Below the pieces are notes generated by a model. That model worked only from the letters and a program-made list of their open reading frames with translations, made no database searches and had not been told where the DNA came from. Below, in pieces: positions 16,896 through 24,541 of a stretch of 32,000 nucleotides of DNA; within the stretch, counting starts at the first letter, position 1; each line of letters begins with the position of its first letter. A program made the position numbers and the translations under genes. The DNA comes from Edaphobacter aggregans (lineage in GTDB: Bacteria; Acidobacteriota; Terriglobia; Terriglobales; Acidobacteriaceae). The stretch covers positions 3,540,001 to 3,572,000 of the forward strand of contig NZ_RSDW01000001.1 in NCBI RefSeq assembly GCF_003945235.1, read 5' to 3'.

Positions 16896-17095
16896 AGAGA
16901 CCGGCCTGCTAAGCAGGTGCCGCGATCCACGCTGGTTGAACCAACATTCATTGAACAGGGGCCTGGCTCGTATATATGGTTCGGTGTGCAGTGTCCGCCA
17001 GTCCGGAATGCCTAAAGAACCACGGCAGGGTCCCGCCGTCTTAGGACGGGTTCACCAGCGCTTCGCACACGGCCCCGCGGGTCGGTTTTCTTGTT
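16896..17095 (+). ncRNA. Candidate structured RNA of unknown class (rod-like fold plus a 3' terminator-like hairpin)
   Basis: There is no plausible CDS in the 370-nt gap.
Nested helices seen by eye:
- 16930-16942 (cgctggttgaacc) pairs with 17049-17060 (ggttcaccagcg): 12 bp with 1 bulge.
- 16958-16965 pairs with 17026-17034 (ggggcctg / cagggtccc).
- 16977-16982 (tggttc) pairs with 17017-17022 (gaacca).
- 16983-16987 pairs with 17008-17012.
- An apical uccg/cgga hairpin closes the rod.
The fold is followed by the hairpin and U-tract at 17070-17095. Confidence 0.35.
17070..17095 (+). terminator. Putative intrinsic terminator
   Basis: cggccc-cgc-gggtcg forms a 6-bp stem including one G-U pair, with a very small loop. 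It is followed by gttttcttgtt. Confidence 0.4.
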
Positions 17096-17137
17096 CCAAC
17101 GGCAGCGTTCTAAAGACTCGCCACGCCAAATGAAGAT

Positions 17138-17196
17138 GTGTCATCCTGAGCGAAGCCTCTGCGAAGCAGAGGCGGAGTCGAAGGACCTGCGGTTTC
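17138..17196. repeat. Copy of the tgtcatcctgagcgaagc...gagtcgaaggacctgc repeat family with an internal 8-bp hairpin
   Basis: The sequence is gtgtcatcctgagcgaagcctctgcgaagcagaggcggagtcgaaggacctgcggtttc, containing a gcctctgc/gcagaggc inverted repeat. Both ends are shared with 14134-14177. Confidence 0.65.
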
Positions 17197-17208
17197 CTCC
17201 TGCCACCC

Positions 17209-17955
17209 GTGTACCCCAATCTCATCCACCTCGGCTACTTCACCCTGCCCACCTTCGGCGCACTGGCAGCCATTGGCCTCATCGCCGGACTCACCCTAAG
17301 CCTCCGCACCGCCGCTAAAGTAGGACTTAGCCCCGAAAAAGTCTGGAACGCCGGCCTCTTCACCATTCTGGCCGCCTTCGTCCTCTCCCGCTTTTTGCTC
17401 GTCGTCACAAACCTCCGCGACTTCCTCACCTACCCCATCCTTCTCCTAATGGTTCCGTCGCTCACCGCCGCCGGCCTCTTCCTCACTGCCATCGCGACCG
17501 CCCTCTACCTCCGCTTCCGCCGCCTCCCGATCCTCCGCACCCTGGATGCCTGGGCCCCCTGTGCCACCCTCATCTGGGCCTTCCTCGCTCTAGGACATTT
17601 CGCCGAGGGCAGCGACCCCGGCCTCCCCTCCCGTCTCCCCTGGGGCATTGCCATCCCGCCTTCCGCACTGAAACTCCACCCAGTAGCCCTCTACGCCGCC
17701 ATCGCCGCGATCCTCATCACCCTCGGCCTCCTCCGTTACCTCACCCCGCACCGGCATGCTGGAGACACCATCGCCTCCGCCCTGGTCGCCACCGGAGTAG
17801 CGCAATACCTCCTCACCTTCCTCCGGCAGCCGTTCCCTTACCCCGTCCCACTCGGCAATCTCCTCGATCCCATCCAGTGGATCGCCCTCGGCATGATCGC
17901 AACCGCCGGTCTCATCTCGCTCCAATCCCGAAAGCTGGTCACCCATGCCGTCTAA
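17209..17955 (+). CDS. Prolipoprotein diacylglyceryl transferase (Lgt)-family-like membrane protein, divergent
   Basis: GTG start, 248 aa, about 7 TM. The layout resembles Lgt (N-terminal YFTLPTFGALAAIGLIAGL, HPVALYAAI, C-terminal LDPIQWIALGMIATAGL). The Lgt G-R-x-G-N-F-x-N-G-E signature is replaced by LGHFAEGSDPG. Confidence 0.55.
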   Translation: MYPNLIHLGYFTLPTFGALAAIGLIAGLTLSLRTAAKVGLSPEKVWNAGLFTILAAFVLSRFLLVVTNLRDFLTYPILLLMVPSLTAAGLFLTAIATALYLRFRRLPILRTLDAWAPCATLIWAFLALGHFAEGSDPGLPSRLPWGIAIPPSALKLHPVALYAAIAAILITLGLLRYLTPHRHAGDTIASALVATGVAQYLLTFLRQPFPYPVPLGNLLDPIQWIALGMIATAGLISLQSRKLVTHAV

Positions 17956-19069
17956 GAACATGCTCCCCAAGGGCCAGCGCCGCCGCACCGTCAAACACGA
18001 GTACCGCGCCACCAGAGGCGTCGAAGAGCCGACCCCCCTGCCCATCCCTGTCCTCGAAATCGACTTCGACGACGACGCCGAAGACCACATCCACACCTTC
18101 ACCGCCGCCCCCGAAGCCGCAGGCCTGCGCCTCGACCAATACCTCGCCCAGGCCATCCCTGACATCAGCCGTGCCCGCGTCCAGCTCCTCATCGAGCACG
18201 GCCAGGTCCGCGTTGCCGGATCACCAGCCAAGCCCAAACAAAAACTTCACGGCGGCGAGCAGATCGAGATCGAAGGCACTCCACACCCTCCGCCCCTCCA
18301 CGCCTTTCCCGAGGACATCCCCCTCGAGATCCTTCACGAAGACAAGCACCTCGCCATCATCAACAAGCCCGCAGGCATGATGGTCCATGCCGGCTCCGGC
18401 GCCACCGACGACTCCCGCAACCACGGCACCCTCGTTAACGCCCTTCTCTACCACTTTAACAAGCTCTCCGGCATCGGCGGCGACCTCCGCCCCGGCATCG
18501 TCCACCGCCTCGACAAGCAAACCAGCGGCATTATTCTTGTTGCCAAAGACGACAGCACCCACCGCAAGCTAGGCGACATGTTCGCCCAGCGCCACGTCGA
18601 AAAGACCTACATCGCCCTAGTCCACGGCCACATCGCCAAAGACAACACGACCATCAATCTCCCCATCGGCCGCGATCTAGTCCGTCGCAACCGAATGACC
18701 ACCCGCCGTTCCGCAGACAGCGAAGGTGTCCGCACCGCCGTCTCCCACGTCAAGGTTCTCGAGCGCCTCACCACCCCCTACGGCCCCTTCACCCTTGTCG
18801 AAGTCCGCATCGAGACCGGCCGTACCCACCAGATCCGCGTCCATCTCCAGTCTTTAGGCCATCCGGTCGTCGGCGATACCCTCTACGGTGCCCCCCACGT
18901 CATCGGCAGGGAAGGGAACACCCTCTCCCTCGACCGAAACTTCCTTCACGCCGCCCGGCTCGCCTTCACTCATCCCCAGAGTCAAAAAAGTATGCAGATC
19001 GAGGCTCCTCTCGCGCCCGAACTGAAATCGTTTCTCGCAGTAATTTCTGCGAGTTCCAATACAGATTGA
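17945..19069 (+). CDS. rluD: RluA-family 23S rRNA pseudouridine synthase (RluD-like) with an S4 domain
   Basis: 374 aa. It has an S4-like region (RLDQYLAQAIPDISRARVQLLIEHGQVRV), the catalytic HRLDKQTSGIILVAK motif and the GRTHQIRVHL motif. It overlaps the upstream gene by 11 nt. Confidence 0.85.
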   Translation: MPSKNMLPKGQRRRTVKHEYRATRGVEEPTPLPIPVLEIDFDDDAEDHIHTFTAAPEAAGLRLDQYLAQAIPDISRARVQLLIEHGQVRVAGSPAKPKQKLHGGEQIEIEGTPHPPPLHAFPEDIPLEILHEDKHLAIINKPAGMMVHAGSGATDDSRNHGTLVNALLYHFNKLSGIGGDLRPGIVHRLDKQTSGIILVAKDDSTHRKLGDMFAQRHVEKTYIALVHGHIAKDNTTINLPIGRDLVRRNRMTTRRSADSEGVRTAVSHVKVLERLTTPYGPFTLVEVRIETGRTHQIRVHLQSLGHPVVGDTLYGAPHVIGREGNTLSLDRNFLHAARLAFTHPQSQKSMQIEAPLAPELKSFLAVISASSNTD

Positions 19070-20226
19070 GTAAAATCAAACCAGTGACCGCAATTAATAG
19101 ATCCCCCCGCACGCTCTTTCGGTTGACCTGGGCCCTCCCGCTCGTTGTTGCACTCGCCGCCGCGCCGCTCCACGCGCAGTTGCAGCTGAATGCGCTCCCC
19201 GGTGCTCCTGTCCCCCAACCTCCCGCGCCTGCAACCACTTCCCCGGCACCTGCCGCCTCGCAGTCCACGCCCCAGGCTGCCATTCAGACGCCTAAGCCGG
19301 CTCCCCAGTCGACGCCTCAGACCGCGCCTGCGACGGCTCCTCAACAGCCCCCCGCCAACGAACAGGCCCCGGCCAGCGATCAACCCGTGACGACCCTCCA
19401 CGTTCAGGCCAACGAGGTCAACCTCATCTTCACCGTCACCGACAAGAAGGGCCGCTTCATCACTGGACTCAAGCGCGAAAATTTCGGCCTCCTCGACGAC
19501 GGCCGGCCGCCCATCTCAGTCCTTCACTTCTACCAGCAGACCAACCTGCCCCTCCGTGTCGGCATCATGCTCGACACCTCCAGCTCCATCCGCCAGCGCT
19601 TCCAGTTCGAGCAGGACTCCGCCATCGAGTTCCTCCTTCAGATTCTGCACCGCAACGACCGCGCCTTCGTCATGGGCTTCGACATCCAGACCGATATCGA
19701 ACAAGACTTCACCAATAACGTCGATCTCCTCAACCAGGGCATCCGCAGACTCCGCCCCGGCGGCGGCACCGCTCTCTTCGACTCCCTCTACAAGACCTGC
19801 CGTGATCAGATGCTCACCCTGCAGGAAGAGAACGCCGTCCGCCGCGCCCTCATCCTCGTCTCCGACGGCGACGACAATTACAGCCGCGTTCAGGAGTCCG
19901 ACGCCATCAAGATGTGCCAGCGTGCAGGCACCATCGTCTACACCATCAGCACCAACATCAGCCCCAGCAAAGACAAAGGCGACGAGACCCTCCGGGCCAT
20001 CTCCGAGGCCACCGGAGGCCAGCCCTTCTACCCCACCAAGCTCGAGGACGTAGCCGTAGGCTTCCGCAACATCCAGGAAGAGCTCCGCAGCCAGTACGCC
20101 CTCGTCTACCGTCCCGCCGACCTCAAACAGGACGGTGCCTTCCGAACCATCTACCTCCAGGCTCTAGACCCCCGCTACAGGGTCCGTGCGCAGAAGGGCT
20201 ACTTCGCCCCCAAGCCACCCCAGTAA
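19066..20226 (+). CDS. Secreted VWA-domain protein (acidobacterial VWFA-related family type)
   Basis: Signal peptide, then a P/A/Q/T-rich linker. This is followed by NLIFTVTDKKGRFITGLKRENFGLLDDGRP...VGIMLDTSSSI (MIDAS DxSxS) and LILVSDGDDNYS. The TTG start overlaps the rluD stop (TTGA); GTG 19084 is an alternative start. Confidence 0.8.
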   Translation: MSKIKPVTAINRSPRTLFRLTWALPLVVALAAAPLHAQLQLNALPGAPVPQPPAPATTSPAPAASQSTPQAAIQTPKPAPQSTPQTAPATAPQQPPANEQAPASDQPVTTLHVQANEVNLIFTVTDKKGRFITGLKRENFGLLDDGRPPISVLHFYQQTNLPLRVGIMLDTSSSIRQRFQFEQDSAIEFLLQILHRNDRAFVMGFDIQTDIEQDFTNNVDLLNQGIRRLRPGGGTALFDSLYKTCRDQMLTLQEENAVRRALILVSDGDDNYSRVQESDAIKMCQRAGTIVYTISTNISPSKDKGDETLRAISEATGGQPFYPTKLEDVAVGFRNIQEELRSQYALVYRPADLKQDGAFRTIYLQALDPRYRVRAQKGYFAPKPPQ

Positions 20227-20268
20227 ACTTAATCCGCTCAAAAAGAAAGCGTTAGGGAATGTCTACGA

Positions 20269-20296
20269 AGAGGCCCGGGTCGGGGCCTCTTTTTTC
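20269..20296 (+). terminator. Rho-independent terminator after the VWA gene
   Basis: agaggccc (20269-20276) pairs with gggcctct (20283-20290), followed by tttttt. Confidence 0.8.
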
Positions 20297-20527
20297 TGAC
20301 CGAAACATCGCCCCGCATGAAAAAAATGCTTCATGTCCCAACTATTTTTCGTGGAGGACATGACTTCACCGGCCGGAGATTTTGCTGCTAAATGCATGGT
20401 TTAACTTTGTTTCCACAGAAAAACATTTGTATTCAGTAATTTACAAGGGCACCCTTTTCTCTGAACAACTTGTGGCATGTGAGATGCACCACAACTGTCT
20501 GTAGTTCACAAAAAACACGGGATAGAC

Positions 20528-20884
20528 ATGAAATCAAAATGGTTGTTGGGCTTCGTTGCTGCTTCAGCTCTTTCGGCTCCTGCATTTGGGCAGATTCAGA
20601 TTTATATCGGGACACCACCCCCTCCGATTCGTTATGAGGCTCCTCCGCCGATGCCAGGCGAAGGCTTTGTATGGACCGCAGGATTTTGGGAGCCCTATGG
20701 TCCTCGTTATAGATGGGTTCCAGGAAGATACGTCCGGGCTCCTTACCCCGGAGCGTATTGGACTCCAGCTCGTTACGAGCACGGTGACAAAGGATGGAAG
20801 CTTCACAAGGGGTACTGGGTACACAGAGGTAATCCTCATTTCGATCATGACCACGATCACGGCCACGGACACGACAGGGACTGA
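20528..20884 (+). CDS. Small secreted W/Y/P/G-repeat protein with a His/Asp-rich C-terminal tail
   Basis: 118 aa. Signal peptide MKSKWLLGFVAASALSAPAFG. Aromatic repeats follow (FVWTAGFWEPYGPRYRWVPGRYVRAPYPGAYWTPARYEH...KGYWVHRG), reminiscent of YXWGXW-type repeat proteins. The tail is HFDHDHDHGHGHDRD. Confidence 0.7.
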   Translation: MKSKWLLGFVAASALSAPAFGQIQIYIGTPPPPIRYEAPPPMPGEGFVWTAGFWEPYGPRYRWVPGRYVRAPYPGAYWTPARYEHGDKGWKLHKGYWVHRGNPHFDHDHDHGHGHDRD

Positions 20885-20904
20885 TTAACCCACCAAAATG
20901 GAAG

Positions 20905-20928
20905 GCGGCAGCTAATGGCTGCCGCTTT
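20905..20928 (+). terminator. Putative terminator hairpin
   Basis: gcggcagc (20905-20912) pairs with gctgccgc (20918-20925) across a 5-nt loop. The T-tract is short (ttt). Confidence 0.55.
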
Positions 20929-20997
20929 CACGTTCGCGAGTGAATGTAGAACTATCCCGAAAAACCCGTGTCTAATAAGCAAGAGGCACTCTGCATA

Positions 20998-21570
20998 ATG
21001 ATCGGTCCCCTCCGCACTCTTCTCCTAACCGCACTCGCCATCGCCGCACCCTTCGCATCCGCGCAGCAGCCCGCCGGCATCAGCCAGAGCCTTAGCGAAC
21101 TGGCCCTCCAGCCCGCCACGCACATGTCGATGACCTTCGACCGCTCCATGCTCCAGCAGGCCCAGAGCTTCATCGACAACGGCAACGGTGATCTAAAACG
21201 TGCCGCGGCCGCGATCAACAGCATCACCGTCGACACCTACCACTACCACGAGCCCGCCTTCTACACCCCCGAGACGATGGGCTCCATCATCGCCACCTAT
21301 CACGCCGCCGGCTGGAAGCATCTCGTCAACGCCAACGCCACTCCGGCCCAGAGCGCGCAACCCCGCGCCACCATGACCGACCTCTGGCTGCACTTCCACG
21401 GAACCGAGATCGACGACGTCACCGTCCTCGTCCGCGCCCCACGCGACATGAACCTCATCCAGGTCTCCGGAGCCATGCGCCCCCTTGATCTCGTCCACCT
21501 CAGCGGCCACTTCGGCATCCCCAAAGTCGACCCCAATGCCGTCATGGTCCCCGCCCCCGACGGCCGCTAA
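20998..21570 (+). CDS. Hypothetical secreted protein (tentatively DUF4252-like)
   Basis: The ATG at 20998 gives the signal peptide MIGPLRTLLLTALAIAAPFASAQQ; GTG 20968 is an alternative start. The C-terminal LVHLSGHFGIPK and the overall pattern recall DUF4252, but this is unverified. Confidence 0.6.
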   Translation: MIGPLRTLLLTALAIAAPFASAQQPAGISQSLSELALQPATHMSMTFDRSMLQQAQSFIDNGNGDLKRAAAAINSITVDTYHYHEPAFYTPETMGSIIATYHAAGWKHLVNANATPAQSAQPRATMTDLWLHFHGTEIDDVTVLVRAPRDMNLIQVSGAMRPLDLVHLSGHFGIPKVDPNAVMVPAPDGR

Positions 21571-22608
21571 CTAATACCCATACCGCTCCACCGCTTTCAA
21601 CAACTCCAGCTTCCGCGCCGGCTCCAAAAAACTAGCCTCCACAGAGTTCGCCGCCAGCTCGCGCATTTGTTCCAGCGAAAACTCGAACCGATCCTGCACC
21701 AGAACGTACTCACCCAGCAGATCGCTCCCAAACATCGGTGGGTCGTCCGAGTTGATCGTCACCATCAACCCCGACTCAAAATAAAGCTTAACCGGATGCT
21801 CATCCAACCCCAGGCAACAACCTGTCTTCAGATTGCTGGTTACATTCAGCTCCAGCGGAATCTGCTTCGCCGCCAGCACATCGATCAACTCCGAGTCGTT
21901 CTGCGCCGTCAGCGCATGCCCAATCCGCTCCGCCCCAATATTGATCGCCGACCACACACTCTTCGGCCCCACTGACTCACCCGCATGAGCCGTCAGTCGT
22001 AACCCCGCAGCCTTGGCCTCCGCATACAGCTCCCGAAACTGGTCCGCCGGGCCACGAGCCTCATCGCCCCCAATCCCAATCCCCACAATGCTTGGATACG
22101 TCGCCCGTAGCTCCGCTGCCTTGCGAAACACCCGCGCGCCCTCTTCCACGCCAAAGTGCCGCACCGCATCGATGATCCACAGCACGGTCGTCCCAAAATC
22201 TTTCTCGCCGCGAACCCGACCACGCTCAATAGCCTCAACGTAAGGCTCAACCTCAGCCTTCTTCCAGTAATAAATAATCCCGAAAGAGATATAGACCTCG
22301 GCGTGTACCACGCCCTGCGATGCCAACTCACGAATCATGTTGTACGTAATCAGTTCATAGTCATCAGGCCCGCGCAGCCGCTCCGTCACCGCCTTGAACG
22401 ACATCAGAAACCCGACAAAGTCCTCATACGTATAAAGCTTCTTCGCCGCCTCCAGCGTCAGTGGCTCCGCATCATGCCGCTGGCTCAACTCCACCAGAGT
22501 CTCCGGCTTGATCGTCCCTTCAAGATGCAGATGAAGCTCCGCCTTAGGCAGCCCACGCAGCCACTCAACTACATCGATCTCTGGCTGTTTCGCTTCTTTT
22601 CGAGCCAT
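21571..22608 (-). CDS. add: Adenosine deaminase family protein
   Basis: 345 aa with the metal-binding signatures LPKAELHLHLEGT, TAHAGE and TINSDDPPMFGS. Its stop codon directly abuts the stop of the convergent gene (21570/21571). Confidence 0.9.
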   Translation of the reverse strand: MARKEAKQPEIDVVEWLRGLPKAELHLHLEGTIKPETLVELSQRHDAEPLTLEAAKKLYTYEDFVGFLMSFKAVTERLRGPDDYELITYNMIRELASQGVVHAEVYISFGIIYYWKKAEVEPYVEAIERGRVRGEKDFGTTVLWIIDAVRHFGVEEGARVFRKAAELRATYPSIVGIGIGGDEARGPADQFRELYAEAKAAGLRLTAHAGESVGPKSVWSAINIGAERIGHALTAQNDSELIDVLAAKQIPLELNVTSNLKTGCCLGLDEHPVKLYFESGLMVTINSDDPPMFGSDLLGEYVLVQDRFEFSLEQMRELAANSVEASFLEPARKLELLKAVERYGY

Positions 22609-22617
22609 CGCTCTATC

Positions 22618-24099
22618 CTAGGCCTCCGGCGCGTAAAACTCGCTCCGCTTCCTGCTATAGAACACATAGACCACGAGCCCAATCACCAGCCAAACAAAGA
22701 ACCGTATCCACGTCTTCGCCGGCAGTCCCGCCATCAGCAGCACGCAGAAGAGCACGCTCAACACCGGAATCACCGGTCCAAACGGCACCCTGAACCCACG
22801 ATGCCGCTTCGGATCCTTATACCGCAGCACGATCACGCCCATCGACACCAGTACGAACGCAAACAGCGTCCCGATGTTCGACATCTCCGCAAACGTCCCC
22901 ACGTCGAACAACCCCGCCGGAATCGCCACCAGCACTCCAGCCACCCATGTAGCAAACGCCGGAGTCCGGAACCGCGGATGCACCTTACTAAACGCACTAG
23001 GCAGCAACCGATCACGCGACATTGCAAACCAGACCCGCGCCTGCCCCAGCTGAAACACCAGGATCGACGAGATCATCCCCACAATCGCGCCCAGCAGCAC
23101 CGCCAACCTCACCCAGTGCAGTCGATGCCCTCCCGGCGTCAACGAAACCCGTTTCAGCGCATTCACCACCGGAGCGCCATCGCCAGCCACGCTCTGCCAC
23201 GGCACCATTCCCGTCAGCACCATCGCCACACCGATGTACAGAATCGTGCACACTACCAGCGTCGCCAGAATCCCTATCGGCACATCCCTCTGCGGATCCT
23301 TGCACTCCTCACTAGCCGTCGAAACCGAATCGAACCCGATGTACGTGAAGAAAATAATCGACCCGCCCGCCAGCACCCCACTCCATCCATTCGGCGAGAA
23401 CGGCACATAATTTCCCGGATGAATAAAGCTGATCCCGAAGAAGATGAAGACCAGAATCGCCGCAATCTTCACCAGTACCATAATGTTGTTCGTCTCTGCC
23501 GACTCCTTGATGCCCCGCACCAGCACCACCGTCAGCAACAACACGATCAGGAACGCCGGAATGTTGAATCCCCCATGCCACCCCGGCAAGTAAATATCCC
23601 GCCCCTGCAAATCCTGCAAACCCAGCGGCAGATAAGCTGGCGAAAGCCACTTCGGCGAAATCTTCAGCCCAAGCCAATCCAGCAGATCCACCACATGAGC
23701 CGCGAACCCCACGCTAACGCTCATATTGCTGAACGCATACTCCAAGATCAGGTCCCACCCAATGATCCACGCCACCAACTCGCCCAGCGTCGCATACGTA
23801 TACGTGTAAGCCGACCCCGCAATCGGAATCATGCTCGCCAGTTCGGCATAACAAAGCCCGGTCAGCGCGCAGACAATAGCCACCAGTATCAGCGAAACCG
23901 CCAGCGCCGGCCCAGCCCCCGGCCGCCCCGCTACCGCACCATGGTGCAGAATCAGGTCGATCACCGGCGAATCCGCCAACGAAGCCGCCGACATCTGATT
24001 GCCGCCAATGGCCACGCCAATCACGGTAAAGATGCCTGATCCGATCACCGCACCAACGCCCAGGGCAGTCAGCGACACCGGTCCCAGCGTCTTCTTCAA
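22618..24099 (-). CDS. APC-superfamily amino acid permease (the true start is probably further upstream, up to 24195)
   Basis: 493 aa from the TTG at 24099 and about 12 TM (LTALGVGAVIGSGIFTVIG...). The in-frame upstream sequence ILFEERTPLARQIFRTKSIDKLISESERPEHA looks like the conserved APC N-terminus but contains no ATG, GTG or TTG. Confidence 0.85.
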   Translation of the reverse strand: MKKTLGPVSLTALGVGAVIGSGIFTVIGVAIGGNQMSAASLADSPVIDLILHHGAVAGRPGAGPALAVSLILVAIVCALTGLCYAELASMIPIAGSAYTYTYATLGELVAWIIGWDLILEYAFSNMSVSVGFAAHVVDLLDWLGLKISPKWLSPAYLPLGLQDLQGRDIYLPGWHGGFNIPAFLIVLLLTVVLVRGIKESAETNNIMVLVKIAAILVFIFFGISFIHPGNYVPFSPNGWSGVLAGGSIIFFTYIGFDSVSTASEECKDPQRDVPIGILATLVVCTILYIGVAMVLTGMVPWQSVAGDGAPVVNALKRVSLTPGGHRLHWVRLAVLLGAIVGMISSILVFQLGQARVWFAMSRDRLLPSAFSKVHPRFRTPAFATWVAGVLVAIPAGLFDVGTFAEMSNIGTLFAFVLVSMGVIVLRYKDPKRHRGFRVPFGPVIPVLSVLFCVLLMAGLPAKTWIRFFVWLVIGLVVYVFYSRKRSEFYAPEA

Positions 24100-24346
24100 C
24101 GCGTGCTCCGGCCGCTCCGATTCAGAGATCAGTTTGTCGATCGACTTGGTTCGAAAAATTTGTCGGGCCAGCGGCGTGCGCTCCTCAAACAGAATTGGTC
24201 CGGATTACACCGGCTTCACAACACAACTTGAGACATATCTCTTATTCTGAGGAGCTTACTCCCTGAACAGAGCGTTCGAGACGTCAAGAAAGCGGGAGCC
24301 TCATCAACGTTTCACTCCGCTCAGGGAGCATCATCTGCTTATCGGC

Positions 24347-24502
24347 TTACCGCTTGCTCTGACCGCGTGAAGCCTTCTTGACCTTCTGCTTGTTCTCGCC
24401 GCGAGCGCCCGTGCGCGGTCCCTTGGGAGCAGCCTTCTTCCGTGCTGCCCGCTTTACCTTCTTGCGCTCGTCTTTATCTGTAATGCTCTTTGTATTTGCC
24501 AT
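24347..24502 (-). CDS. Unannotated small, highly basic ORF (51 aa)
   Basis: MANTKSITDKDERKKVKRAARKKAAPKGPRTGARGENKQKVKKASRGQSKR*. It has an ATG start, sits 39 nt downstream of the uvrD stop on the same strand, and uses host-like codons. It is too short to appear in the ORF track. Confidence 0.4.
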   Translation of the reverse strand: MANTKSITDKDERKKVKRAARKKAAPKGPRTGARGENKQKVKKASRGQSKR

Positions 24503-24541
24503 GTAGCTTTGCCAATCTTTCTTGTAGTTGCGATTCGGAAC

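Noticed and set aside
16896-17095. Possible identity as SRP RNA, 6S RNA or a cobalamin riboswitch
   Set aside because: The SRP domain-IV consensus is absent. The agagaccggcc stretch resembles a B12 box, but it lies at the 5' end with no upstream riboswitch core outside the paiB CDS. I cannot verify the central bubble of 6S RNA by eye. The region is kept only as an unclassified candidate.
20317-20391. 24-aa ORF MKKMLHVPTIFRGGHDFTGRRFCC
   Set aside because: It is very short and has no Shine-Dalgarno sequence. The GHDF(T/S)... string resembles translated intergenic repeat sequence rather than a gene.
21568-21573. Convergent genes with directly abutting stop codons (taa/cta) and no terminator between them
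   Set aside because: This is real but unremarkable in compact genomes, and no further signal was seen.
22156-24039. 627-aa plus-strand ORF, and similar long ORFs at 216..1172, 1709..2674, 9929..10759, 12509..13453 (minus strand), 24509..25261, 26210..26749 and 26828..27433
   Set aside because: Their translations are Arg/His/Pro/Gln-rich low-complexity sequence lying antisense to well-supported genes (permease/add, RND, adaptor, pheT, uvrD). These are typical shadow ORFs of high-GC DNA.
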